NCBI GenBank assembly: GCA_037447605.1
Contig: CM074804.1
Coordinates: 1,860,001 to 1,924,000, forward strand
Direction of reading: 5' to 3'
Length of the DNA stretch: 64,000 nt
Origin: Zygnema circumcarinatum SAG 698-1b
Taxonomy: Eukaryota; Plantae; Zygnematophyceae
The position numbers and the translations under genes are program-made. This document shows positions 33,722 through 47,269 of this stretch, piece after piece. How positions within the stretch are numbered: position 1 is the stretch's first letter; the number at the start of each line of letters is the position of its first letter. The notes under the pieces were generated by a model that was given only the letters and a program-made list of their open reading frames with translations, was not told the origin of the DNA and ran no database searches.

Positions 33722-35843
33722 AGGAAAGAGAGGGAGTGCGAGGGGAGGGGAGGGAGTGGTAGAAGCGGGGAGGGAGGAGGGAAGCAGTGGGAACTGATGC
33801 TTTCAAGGAATTAAAGACTATTGTTTAGCGACTTGACGCTGTCGAGGATGCAAAGATTTGTAATTTTAACCAATCGCAATCTGCCCGCGTATTACTGAAA
33901 GAATGCATACGGGATCAGAAAAAAAAAAAAATCCTTTTTGGCGATGCCACCACATTACCCTTAAGGCCTTGGGTCGGCTGAATCTGTTTGTACTTCTTTT
34001 CTAAGTTGCTCCCGTTGTATCCCAGTCGTGCATTAACTCGAAAAAAATATAAGGACCAGCTTTTCTTCTTCATAAGGCGAAGTTCTTCTCCTTCGATTTT
34101 TTTCTTTTTTCAAATTTCTTCATTTTTTTTTTTATTGAATCTTGCGCGCTTTCTAGAATTCACAGCATTTTTTAGACAGCTTTTTTCTGACTTTATTACT
34201 TGGCAGTACAACCTAACTTTCAATTCAACAGCAATATTACGCGCATCGTTGATCTGAATAGACGGTTACCCCTTGGTTTTTGCTTTTCAAACACAGTTTT
34301 ATGAAACGGTTTTGGAGCCCTTGTACTTGCGGATCGATCTTGCAGTTGCTTAATAGACGTAAACGACCTTTTAAAAACTTATTGAGAGAAAAAGAAGTGC
34401 AGGAAAAATTGTGCGCATGGGGGCAACTTGTGTAAAAATAAAAAGTAGCTAAAAAGTTGGATACTTATTTTCAGATAGAGTTGCCTTGCGCTTGCCAACA
34501 GGCCATGTAGATTTAAAAGCCGGTTTTTGCAAACTTTTGAAGTGTTTCAATTGCAATGTTAAAATGGCTCACTTTAAAAAAAATTACTACTTTGTTTTGA
34601 TCAATTTTGCTAATTAGATTGAACGAGAAGGGGGGTGTGGTGGCATTGATCTCACGAGGCCATCAAATGTAAATGGACAAAATCAACATGGAGAACCACG
34701 AGGAAGTCGTCGCAAAGGACCTAAGGACAAAAGAAAAATGCTAGGAGCTGAAAGCTACGACCGAGAGACTGTAGAAATGAATTAGGTTTACCTTCAGCTT
34801 TTAGTTTGCCCACCCTCACGTGGACCCGCCTTTGAATATTCCGCTCGGGGCAACTCCGAGCCTCGGTTGCTCCATTTTGAAAGATGCAGCTCAGCGCGAT
34901 CTGCGCCGACCAATGCCCTCCATTGGGCTGTCGCAACGCAGGTAGTAAGGTCGAAATTCGGATTAACTCTTCCAAACAATTTCCACATCCATTTTCCAAA
35001 GTTGCATACCGCCTAGAAGATCGTAAAGGAACCTTCTGTTGGACACTTTTTATTGGTCCCTCGTTTGAAATTAAAGTGTGATCGCGACCTAGAAGCACGC
35101 TATGAAGTCCTTTGCAGGCAAACATTTACAGGCAAGCAATTTCGGAGTCGTTTTTTCTGAAAAATGGCAATAAAATTCCTGAGAGAGACCCAGTGTTAAG
35201 AAAACAAATAGGAAAACAAAACACACCTTTCATTGGAGCTCCAACGATGTTTGTTTAGGATTATGCGGACTACGGACCGACCGACTGACCGTGCCACGTG
35301 TCGTGTCACGGGAAAAGAAGAAGGTTACAACTCGTGGTTCCTTAGTTTAGGGATGCAAAGGGGGAAGGTTTAGGTCTGCTCGAAAAATGTGCGGGAACAC
35401 ATGAGGCACACACAAGACATCCACAAGTAACCGCGTTCCTCCATCAAGAAAATGGGCATAAAATGAGATGGAGTGGGCCTGTAACTGAACAAAACTCAAG
35501 GAGAACGCTTTGATGAAATCACAGTCCTCAATCAACTCAACAAAACTGACTCAGGACAGTGCAGGGGGTTTACGATCATTTTTAGTCCCTTTGGAGCTTC
35601 ACCTCACCCCACGCATCAACATTGCTCATGAACGACATGATGACGCCTCTAGAAATAACAAATTGTACAATGGGGGCATGGCGATGGTCCTTTGACCTTA
35701 TTGCCATAGCTACAACTTTCGACACCTGCATGCGCCCTCACTGATTCTCACCTTAACGAGAAAAGTTTGGCCTTTGAACATATAGCGTAAGAGAGCGCAG
35801 AAGAAGGATAATGCGAAGGAGAAGGAGAAATAAAATGATGGGT

Positions 35844-38800
35844 CTACCGAATGGAGTAGTCGTTGAGTATTCTCTTGAGCTGCAGGAAGAAGTTGTCAAC
35901 GTGTTCCCGCTCCAGTTGAAAGGAGGACGACTCGAAGAGGTCCAGCTTGGCTCCCACTCCAAGAAGCTCTGCAGCGCGCTCAAAGGCGCTCCCGAAAATG
36001 CTGCAAACGGTAATCACCAAATTAGACACTGCCCGTCTCTCCACCCCTTTCTCTTTCCCCTCCTCTCTCTCGCCATTCCCCCCTCCCCATCACAATGTCT
36101 CCTCTCCTTTCCACTTTCCGCTCTCCCCCCCACATCTCTTTCTCCTCCCCATTCTCCCATTTCCCCTTATGTCTCCTCCCCTCTCTCTCCTTCCCAACTC
36201 TCACCTCTCTCTGTCTCTGTCTCTTCCCCCACCCCCCCCCCCTTCCCTTCTGTCGCCTCTTCTCCTCACTCCATTCTACTCCCCACCCTTCTGGCTTCTC
36301 CGTCCTTCGCCTTTATTCTCCCACCCTCTCTCATTCTCCCTCCCTCCATCACAAACGCTCCTTCCAGCCTCACCCTTGCAAACTATGTCGCCTGAATGTG
36401 AACTCGGAAACCCTGAAAGGGAGAAAGGGAGAAAGCTTCCTTATGCCATTGGCATGGCAGCACTCACTTGCCAATCTGATCCTGAATGACGGGCTTGTAC
36501 ATAACGCCCACAATGAGAGCCTTCTTGCTGCCCGGAGCGATGGCCGCAGCCACCATGGGGGTCGACCTCTCACCCTGATTCTGGACAGTGCCCCAACACA
36601 ACTTGTCCCATCTCAGCATACAGAGATACAACACGCATACATGCATACAGAAATACGTACATACACGACTCGACTGACACAGCATACAACTTAACAATAC
36701 ACAACAACACAACAACAATATGCATGCAGACAACAAACACACATATGGCACGATACACACACAAGGCCAATATACATTGCAGATATACAGATACTCAGGC
36801 GTTTGACCCCTCCAATCGGTAGCTTCATTAGCTTACCTCCTCACAAGTAAAGAACAACCGGGTTGAACCAACAATCAAGAGTATGCAGAGATGAACAAAA
36901 CCGGTAGGAATCTCCTCCCTCTCAAAAAACCTGAGACATACATTGAGCATGAGATGCACGGAGGTGAGTAGAAGCGCTTCCAATACCTTCTGAGCATCCT
37001 TGATGAAATGAATGAGTCTTGTCAAAGCAAGAGGGTGCGCCAGCAACGTAAGGTCGATGTTGTTTTCCAAAAAAATAGTTTGCACTTTGGTTCGGCCACC
37101 TCTGCCTCCGGTGCTTTTGATTAATATCTGCAAGGAGACCAATAAGAATACACTTCTGACATAAAATCAGCTTCTTGACGATAACAACTCAAGGATTTCA
37201 GCAAAATTTGTACCAGACAACATACCTCCACGGAGGTGGCTAATATATAACATCAAGCACGAAGCAGGGAACTTCTGGGCTCGATCTCACCTTCTTATTA
37301 ATTACTGAGCGTCCCACGCGAACAATAGCCTCTTGAACCTTAATTGCCAAGTCCATACCTCTTTCCACCTCTTTCCATCCCTTCCTGCGCAGATGTCGAG
37401 TGAACAACAACTGAATATGGAGTCGTGCAAATCAATTGTACTCCAATTATGACCACCACAAGGTTATCCTTTTCAGTAGTCTCACCTAAGTCTCCTTTAG
37501 CAGCGAGAAATGGGCTCTGACTCTATTTCTTCAAAATTCCTCCTCCTATGTGTGTGACTTCCCACTATACGGCCCTGAATGCAGAAAACTCTAAAACAGA
37601 ACAGAACAGAACGTACAGAACGTCTTTGAGAAACATATTATGATGACTGCAAAGAAGCATCAAAATTGTCTACACCTTCAAAAGAATTAATAACGTACAA
37701 ATGGAGAGCAGATGCCGCTGTCCAAAAGTTATCGGCTCTCCTTTCAGAGACATTTGTAGACTCGAGAAGCGCTGTCAGCCCATACACCAAATTCGCCGCA
37801 GAAATGTGCGTTCTGCATAGATAAGCAATATCGGGAAAAAATTAGTGAATCAATCTTCAACAGTTTCCTCGTTTCACCTATTGTAATGGCAAGTAGAAGG
37901 GACCGAAAGGAGCGTGACAACACAAAAAGGAATAGGAAATCAATGTGCCCATATTGTACTCTTCATGAAGACTTCAAGGGAAGACAAACCAATACTGAGA
38001 AGGACAAGACCAAAACTTTGCCATTACAACAAACAAAGGGGACGGAGGAAAAAACTGGAAGAATAACAACAGAATCTTTCTTCATAGACTAATTGGTTCA
38101 CTCGAATGAATACTAGACTGCCAAAGGTATAATAACAGGGGCATCTGACGAGTCAGTAAGAATCTCACTTGTAGCCATGGTATAGATGGAAGCTGCGGAA
38201 CGAGATACCTTCCAACCCATACTTTGGAGCAATCTTCTTCAGGTTTTCTTTCAACCTACTGCACAACCAGTTGGAGAGCAAAAGAGAAAGCCAAGCAACA
38301 CCAAGCCTGCAGTGCATTAGGGGAAACTTCCAGACGAAAGCGACAAAACGGAAAGGGCAAAAGAAGCAGTCTGCCTCCTAGTGGCAGACCCACACCGAAT
38401 CTGCATGCATACATTAGGATACTTTCAAGAGATTGTCCATCGCAACCACTTGAAAAAGTCGAGATAACCTCTTATTCAACCAAAACTCGTGATAAATTTT
38501 GTGCTAAGCGCAAAGGGAAAAGCGAGATTGCTTCAAAACAGTGATGCGTCTGACCTTTTGATGTCGCTATCCATGTAAGTGTACTTCTGACGGGCAAGTT
38601 GGTGCTTGATTCCCATTTCTGCAAAGAACAGCCGCAGCCGTTTCTGCCCCGGCTCGCTCCATGTCTTCAAACTAGTGCAGGGATACGTAGAAAATTCCAT
38701 CGAATTGAACAAATTCCAGCGTGGGAGGCACATTAAAAATAGCCTGTTTTACAGTCAAGGATTAGCTTCGCAGAAAATTGACGAGCCTATCCAGATGTAA

Positions 38801-41800
38801 ACAATCTCGGATCACAATTTGCAGCAGAGACAGAGAGGAAGAGTGTCTGGATGAAAAAAATTGCATTGCTTGTCTTTATCATGCAATGAAAGGATACTCT
38901 TCATCATATTCGATTCTGCAGTCGTCAGGCAGTCTTATGACAACCCCTCCCTCCAAGGTAGTAGAGCGAGGCTTGTCTTGATTCCCAGCACTAATCACCT
39001 GCACAATTGGATACTTAAGTGAGTCAAGCAAGACCTAGATAGAAGAATCTTCCTGTATTGACAGTGTGTGAACAGAGTTGGAGTCTAAAAGCTACAGAAC
39101 AGAGCTATTACTTAAAATGGAGAGCAAACGTTTGTTCTGCCTGGAAAGCAAGTGTAGGAAGGTTTTTTTTATCGGTCATGGTCAAGGATGTAGCGGTGGA
39201 CCTTTTGTTCGAGCTCTATGCATCCAGCCTGATACTTCTCTTGAGGCATTCGAAAATGAACAAAATGATCGGTGAGTGCAACACAGGCCAGCCTGGCAAA
39301 AAAAAAAAATAAACAGTACCACTTCAATATTGACACAATTCGTTCTTATGTTGAATCGCTCACTTATGTTTATCAGGGCCACTTCGCGAGACAGGCAGCA
39401 TAGTGTGACTTACAAGGGAGATTACGGGACTGACATCTCTTAAAGTGAACATGCAACCTTGTCACTTGCAGATTAAGATTTCTTGTCGAAACGAATAATT
39501 ACGTCCAAGCCCTCGCAGACACTGAAAATCAAGATACCTGCAGCTTAACCATTGAAAGGGACGCAGAAAACGTGCTAGACAGGTGTCCTAACTGCATGTC
39601 ATACCATAAGTGGAAATTGCTCTCCTTTCGCAGAAAATGTGCAGCCTCGTACATGCTGCAGCCAGCAGGTCGCCCATAATATGTCCCCCTCTGCCTGTAT
39701 TCCTCTTTTCTGTGCTTGCGTTCTTGAGAGCCGTCCTCCCTTTTCCTCTTTCGTCCATTAATTCCTTCCACGACATCATCACGATCATCATCATCGTCGT
39801 CATCATCAGTCTCATCTCCAGAATCTTCAGGCAATTCCGCCAATTCAATAATCTCGGGATCCTTCTCTTGATCGTCGTCCGTCCATGCTATGTACACCTG
39901 AAATAAAGTCGTAAACGTATGAGTTATAAATTCTTGTGGATGTCAATGCCGCCTTTAATCAAGCAGATGAGTCAACAAATAACATGCATGCCGTGACTGA
40001 AAGTTTGAGTTACAAAACATTATCCGCCAAGTGAGATACGAGAATCCTAAACACCTTTCAAGAATGATAAAGTACTCTCTGCTGCTATGCAACGAATGCT
40101 AAATGCAAACACTGAAAGCAAAACTTGAAGATTCGTTTGAAGCAAACTCACCTGTCTACTTCTAATGTTGGCAAGTTCGACTGGTCGATGGCTGTCCAAT
40201 ACAAAAAAAACTGCGCTGCTTCCAGCATTACATATATCTACAAGGTCTTTAGTTGCTCCGCAGTTGATGAATACAGCGACATATGGCTGTCACAAACACA
40301 GCTAATCTATGGTGTCAAATTGAGGCCACAACTGTTTACGTAACCGCGTTTCGATATCCAAATTGTCAGAAGTTTCTCCTTCACCCAAACCTAAAATCCA
40401 ATCTTTAAATGTCCTCCTCGGTTCTCTTTAAAACCGTTTCGTGCTTCTGTCTGATGAACATATATACTTGTGCTTATCTCTTGAATGAAGAGCTTACAAA
40501 AGCGACTCAGAAGCGGGGCTAAATGATTTGAGTGGCTCAAACTTAAGAATTTAAAATACGGGTTTACAACCTCCAAAATCTCTGCCAGACTGACTCGAAA
40601 AGAGAGAAGGCGCAGCAAAGAAACATTCCGAAAAGTGCCCTCGTTGAAGCCCTCTCTTTTGCACAGGGAAAATGTAGCTACATATGTTATGATGACGACC
40701 TTCCTATGATAAATTGCCAAGGGCAACGGTTTTCCAAGTAAATTTGTCTGTTAAAACATGCAGGGAAGCAAGCAAGACGTACCTGACTCTCATCTTGCAT
40801 CCCCTTCTCCACATGTTCACGTACATCGTCGTAGCCATAGACAGGAAAAACTGAGTAGAAGATGGAGTCATCCTTCAACAGGTCCTGCAATGAAAAAGCC
40901 AGCATAACTGACACAGTCTAAGTGGTGTCTAACTGATAACAAATCTTTTTCAAAGTGTCTTGTAAATTTTTGTTGGGTCTGCCCACATAAGACTGCACTT
41001 CGTTACCTGGCTGCTGAGTCCAAAAGACAGGTAAAGCAACTGGCTGATAAAAGCTACTGAGATTCAGCATAGCAGGCTTCATGGGTAAGCAGCAGCAGCC
41101 TTACTAGCAGTCGTCTCTTCTCAGACAATCCCTATGTATACGAGTTAAAAAGAACTTGAAAAGTGCCTCATTTAAAGAAGTAGCTCTTCCTAAAGTTCAG
41201 ATGCTGGTAGCGGCGGAAGGTATAACTGAAAGCGAGAATACTTTGCGCGCCCTACCTACTCTGTTCAGCCAGTAACACTCAACCAATTAACGATGGTCGA
41301 ATCCTATTGTTCCAAATTTTATGTCCTATGAAGTAGCCATGCATGTCTGGCATGGTCGAGTTCTCTGCACTTTCTGCCACCCAGTCTGCCCTCCCGTCTC
41401 TTTTCACTGCTCCACTCTCCCTCTCTTCCCTTCTCGCCTTCCTCTCTTCCTCCCCCGCTCCCTACTCCTCGCCTACTCCATCGCCCACTCTATCGCCCTC
41501 GCCCTTCTTCCTTTTCCTCTTCCTCGCCCTATCCTCCCTCGCCCTCTCTTCACCCTCTTCATCTCCTTTTTCCTCTCGAAAGCCGCAAAAAAATGCGGCC
41601 ATAGCTTGCATTTGCCAGTTTGCTCCTCTGAATTCAGGAACCCTAAAATTTCATCTGTGAATTAAAAAGAATTGGGATCACTTACAGCAAGAATCTTGAG
41701 GGACACCAGCGAGTCCACATAGGTTCCGGCAACGAAGATATGGAGAGTATTGGAGCCTGTTCCCTTCGCATGCTCTCTTATTTCTCCATAAAACTCTGTC

Positions 41801-41820
41801 GCATCCCGCACACAGACCAT
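35844..41820 (-). CDS. CDC45: Cell division control protein 45 (CMG helicase subunit)
   Basis: Multi-exon. MVCVRDATEFY...YVDSLVSLKIL, INCGAT, FVLDSHRPV, acidic loop, LACVALTDHFV, WNLFNSM...LKTWSEPG, HISAANLVYGLTALLES, AIKVQEAIVRVG, HPLALTR and FGSAFERAA...LFESS follow the plant CDC45 order. Confidence 0.93.
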
Positions 41821-44511
41821 TTATCCTGTCGCCGGACAGGGAGCATTCCTTCACGCTGCTTCCCTCCCTCCCGCACAGCTGCTCCGCCTAAAAGGTGACT
41901 CCCTGTTCCCTCGATTCTAAGTCGTTGAACGCCCTAACACCTAAATAATGCTCAAATGTTTCAGCAAATTCGCGTCATCTAGAGCCGCGTCCATGGCTTC
42001 CTCATTCATTGGTGATTTCCAATATAGAATAAGAACCCTACTTTTCTATGTCTACGCTCCATGCCCTTCCTGTCCAGAGACACCGACCTTCAAACCAGCC
42101 CCTCTTGAATACTGAAGGGAGGCGTCAAATATCTTCAGAAGCAAACGAAAAGAACATATTTAAGGGAACTTTCCTCAGAGCAGCAGAGAGCACTTCAATC
42201 GAAGCTTTTTGGATGAGACCTAGTTTCGCCAAGCTGCAGGTTTGGTTAAGTGAGACGGACTAATTGTGGTATTGCTTTCTAATATTTTACGGGCAGAAAA
42301 GGGCCAAAACTACAGTGGGAGGTACAAACTCTCGGTCAGGCCCGCACGGGCTGGACCATTTTTAATCTTTTTTTTTTAAATTTAAAAATTTTAAATTCGA
42401 AAGCGGAGCCTGGGCCTGCCGCGGAGCCAGCGGCGCCGCGCGCAAATTTGGGCGCTTGTCGCTTTGAAAGTTTGGAGGTTCGCATGTTCCGAGTTCGCCC
42501 AACATGCGGCGCATGGATGCATGCATGCATGCGGCATGAACTAAAGTTGGACCAACCATTGGTAACCCAATCAACCATTGCCAGTGGTCGCTGACCGCTG
42601 GATGGCGATCACCGCCAACCATTGCCGATAGTTACGACCATTGGATTTGACGGTCGACAGCAATTACCAATAGTTGGCAGCCATGCTCGTCAAGCCCTCA
42701 TTTCGAAGCTTTTATTTCACGGATTTGAATGTTATTGACGGTGTAATGGTCAAGGTTGTCGCTTCTGTAAATGGTTCGCCAACAGTTGTGGATCAATCGT
42801 CCGATCTGTGCAAATGTTTCTTATTCCTGGTCTTTCACAGTTCTGCTTGTGTGTTTTTTTCTGATCTTATTTATCACTGGTTTCACGTTAATTCCATGTT
42901 TTCGATGGCCAAATGAAACAACCATCAACAAGAGTTCATCAGGGCGATAAAGGGAGGGTGATCCTCTACTCAACAGTCAACTCAGACAGTAGCTTTGACA
43001 CGGCGGAAGGTCGTATCAAAGTCGGTCCGAGCGAATTAGACCTTGAGAGCCTTCACTTGATACAAAAGTACGGTGGTACGCGGTACTAAAAAGTTCCGAG
43101 AATAAATCTCACTGCACCTAAAGAGGTATCTTTGTTCGTATCTTGCGTTCAAGGGCTCATGCGCACAACAACTCTGCTTCTTCAGCGCCATTCCTAAAAC
43201 CCTAATTACGAGTTCGCTTGCCTGTGGGTCTCTTGTTCTCAACACCAAACTTCAGCGAGCCTGCCTGACAATGTCAACGTTCATGTCACTCCTGTTGAAG
43301 GTTCGTAGAACCAATTCAAGGACTAGAACTTCGCTTTGTTGGATGATACTTCACGTTTCCAAGACCTTCAACATATCTGAGCTGTGGACGACTCTGACCT
43401 CTCCATGATGGCGCACACAATGTCCCCCAACCACAATCCTTCAAGCATTTGTGACATGACACTTCATGCTTTAACTCTATGACACAACTGTCAGTCGTCC
43501 ACAGCAACAGTCTATCTTATCTGAGAAAGTACTTCAAAGACGTATCATAGCAGCAGAATTAAATGTCCACTGCTCCATACCACTGGGATCAGCAAACCCT
43601 AACGCCTAATTCAACACTCTTTAGGCAGCCAAGTGCCACTACTTGCCCTGATTTGTAACCTACCGAAACTCAACACATCTGGAGCCGCTTTCTAACAAAA
43701 CGAACGTGCAGGTGGACAACAGTTCCAGTTCAAGGATCGCAGACTAGCTGGAGCTTTTGCAGTCTATAGTTTTGCCTTACACTAAGACTCAAACATCAGT
43801 TCCTGAGATTGGTTGTCTTTACATAAGATTTTACACGATACCTACACAGACAGGACCTCGAAAAGAAGATAGCTAGTCCAAACATCAGCTCAACCAACAC
43901 ATTGTTGCAGTGAGTAAAGACTCGCCCCTGGCTGACCACCCAGAGTGACAACAGAGCGTGGTTAGACTAGACCTGGAAAGGTTCTGAGGTAATGCTTTAT
44001 TACCAATAGAGTTCCTGCAAAGTGAGAAAACAGTACAGAGACCAAGAAGCAGAGAGAGATGACGGATTTCAAACAAGTGTCTTAGTACCTCAAAAGCGAA
44101 ATTGCGCGATATCTGTAATTTCCCTCCACTCCACAGAATAAATGTGCTTGTACATGAACAGAAACTCACCGCAACCTGAGAAATTCTGAAAAGTACTTGG
44201 ATCTCAACAACAAGAAATGGGAAAGCACTATGAAAACACTCTGAGTCTCCTGCTCCGATAGGCCATTCATTAAAGATCTACGATATACATTGTCTTCAAT
44301 TTGAATTGGAGTTGACTGATTCAAGAAGACCAGCCGGAACAACCCCCACTGCATGGGTATAGTCAGCTCCCTTGCAGCCCAGAAGTCACCCCTTGGACAT
44401 TCTCGGAGCATCTCGCAATGAGCCGGTGCCCATGCACCAGCACGCTGCATACAATCCTCTATTTGGAGGCGTAAATCTACAAGAAGTCATATGCGCACTC
44501 TTCCATATCCA

Positions 44512-46044
<1,533 letters not shown>

Positions 46045-46295
46045 CCTTCCGAAGCAATGTCCTCACCAAACCCTCCTTCCGGTACAATTCCAAGCGATCA
46101 AGGGGTCAGCGAAATCCCTCTGAAAAAACAGGCACTGTCTCTGCAAATATCCGATAGATAGCAGAGCTCTGAATGGAGTAGTTGGCAGAAAATTAGGAAG
46201 GCGCAGGCTTGCGAGAGACAGAGACGGAGTGCTCCAAGCGGAAACCTCTGGATGCAGGCAGGCAGTAGTTTCGCCTCCTCCTTACAGGGCTCCCC

Positions 46296-46723
46296 CGTTC
46301 CGCGGAACGTCCCGTCCCGCAGAACGGCGGAGACAGAGGTACAGCAGTAGGTTTCAGAACAGCGGCCGTTCTGCGGAACGGCGAAAGAAAGAAAGAAACA
46401 AAAATAAAAGTTCTGAAGGAAACCGTAACTTTTTGTCAGTCCGAAAACGCCGCGCAAAGCGCGGATAGAAATTAACTTATTGGTCCACATCACCCCTAGA
46501 TAAAAACTTTTTAACTGCCCGGTCCGGCATGTGCGTTCACGAGCGGCAGTCCCCCGGGACCGCGGGCAGAAATTTGCGGCTGAAAAACGGTCCTGAAAAA
46601 AACCGCAAAATCGGCATTTAGAAGACATCCATCTCCTTCGAGCCCAGCTCGTAATTTTCCGAAAATTCAACATATTTCGCGGTTCTCAAGATGCAAACTT
46701 CATGGTCAGGTTGGCAACCTGAC
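46296..46723. promoter_or_regulatory. Palindromic motifs in the UBC promoter/5' region
   Basis: CGTTCCGCGGAACG at 46296-46309 (perfect 14 bp); GCCGTTCTGCGGAACGGC at 46365-46382 (one mismatch); GTCAGGTTG-G-CAACCTGAC at 46705-46723 (9+1+9). Confidence 0.55.
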
Positions 46724-47269
46724 GGATGCCGTCACAAAGTTTGCAAACTGCCGGCGGTGGTCTGAGCTTCCGTCACATCGGCCAATTGTCACATGTTACA
46801 AATTTGAAAACAAATTACAGATTTGTGAAATAACCACAAGAAAAGCCCTAATTTTGAGCCCAGAAAGTTTCAGCCGGACTTTTTAATGTCCCTCTTCCTT
46901 TTATTTGTGAAGTCTCACACACAAAAATTTGTTCCCAGGCCTCCCCTCCCTCTCCTCCCTCCCCTCCTCTGCAAGGGCTAGCCTCTGCTCGCGACCACGT
47001 GAAGCACTTCACAGTTCTTTCGAGCAGGAGCTCCGACAAGGCAGCGAAGGAAAAAAAAAAGTAAAGAGGGGCGCTGAAAGCAAAGGTCCTGATGCCCTTT
47101 GGCGACAATCTCCGCTTAGCATTAATAACAACAGAACACTTCTTCTCTTTCAACCGCCACCCTTATCTTACAAATACGAAAAAAGGTTATTTTTTCTTAA
47201 ATAAAAACAAGCGCATCTAGATAACGGTTTGAAACTAGAAGCTAGAAACTAGAAAGTAGAAACCAGAAA

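Noticed and set aside
34694-35340. Possible TIR element (GAACCACGAG / CTCGTGGTTC) and 134-aa ORF
   Set aside because: The inverted repeat is only 10 bp, there is no TSD, and the ORF has no recognisable domain.
35811-36395. 194-aa + strand ORF
   Set aside because: Antisense shadow of the last CDC45 exon plus a CT tract.
40391-40726. 111-aa ORF in CDC45 intron 2 as an extra exon
   Set aside because: The flanking exons join in frame without it and match CDC45; the peptide is unrecognisable.
41995-42263. Small + strand gene divergent from CDC45
   Set aside because: Several short frames, but none with consistent splice phases or a known motif.
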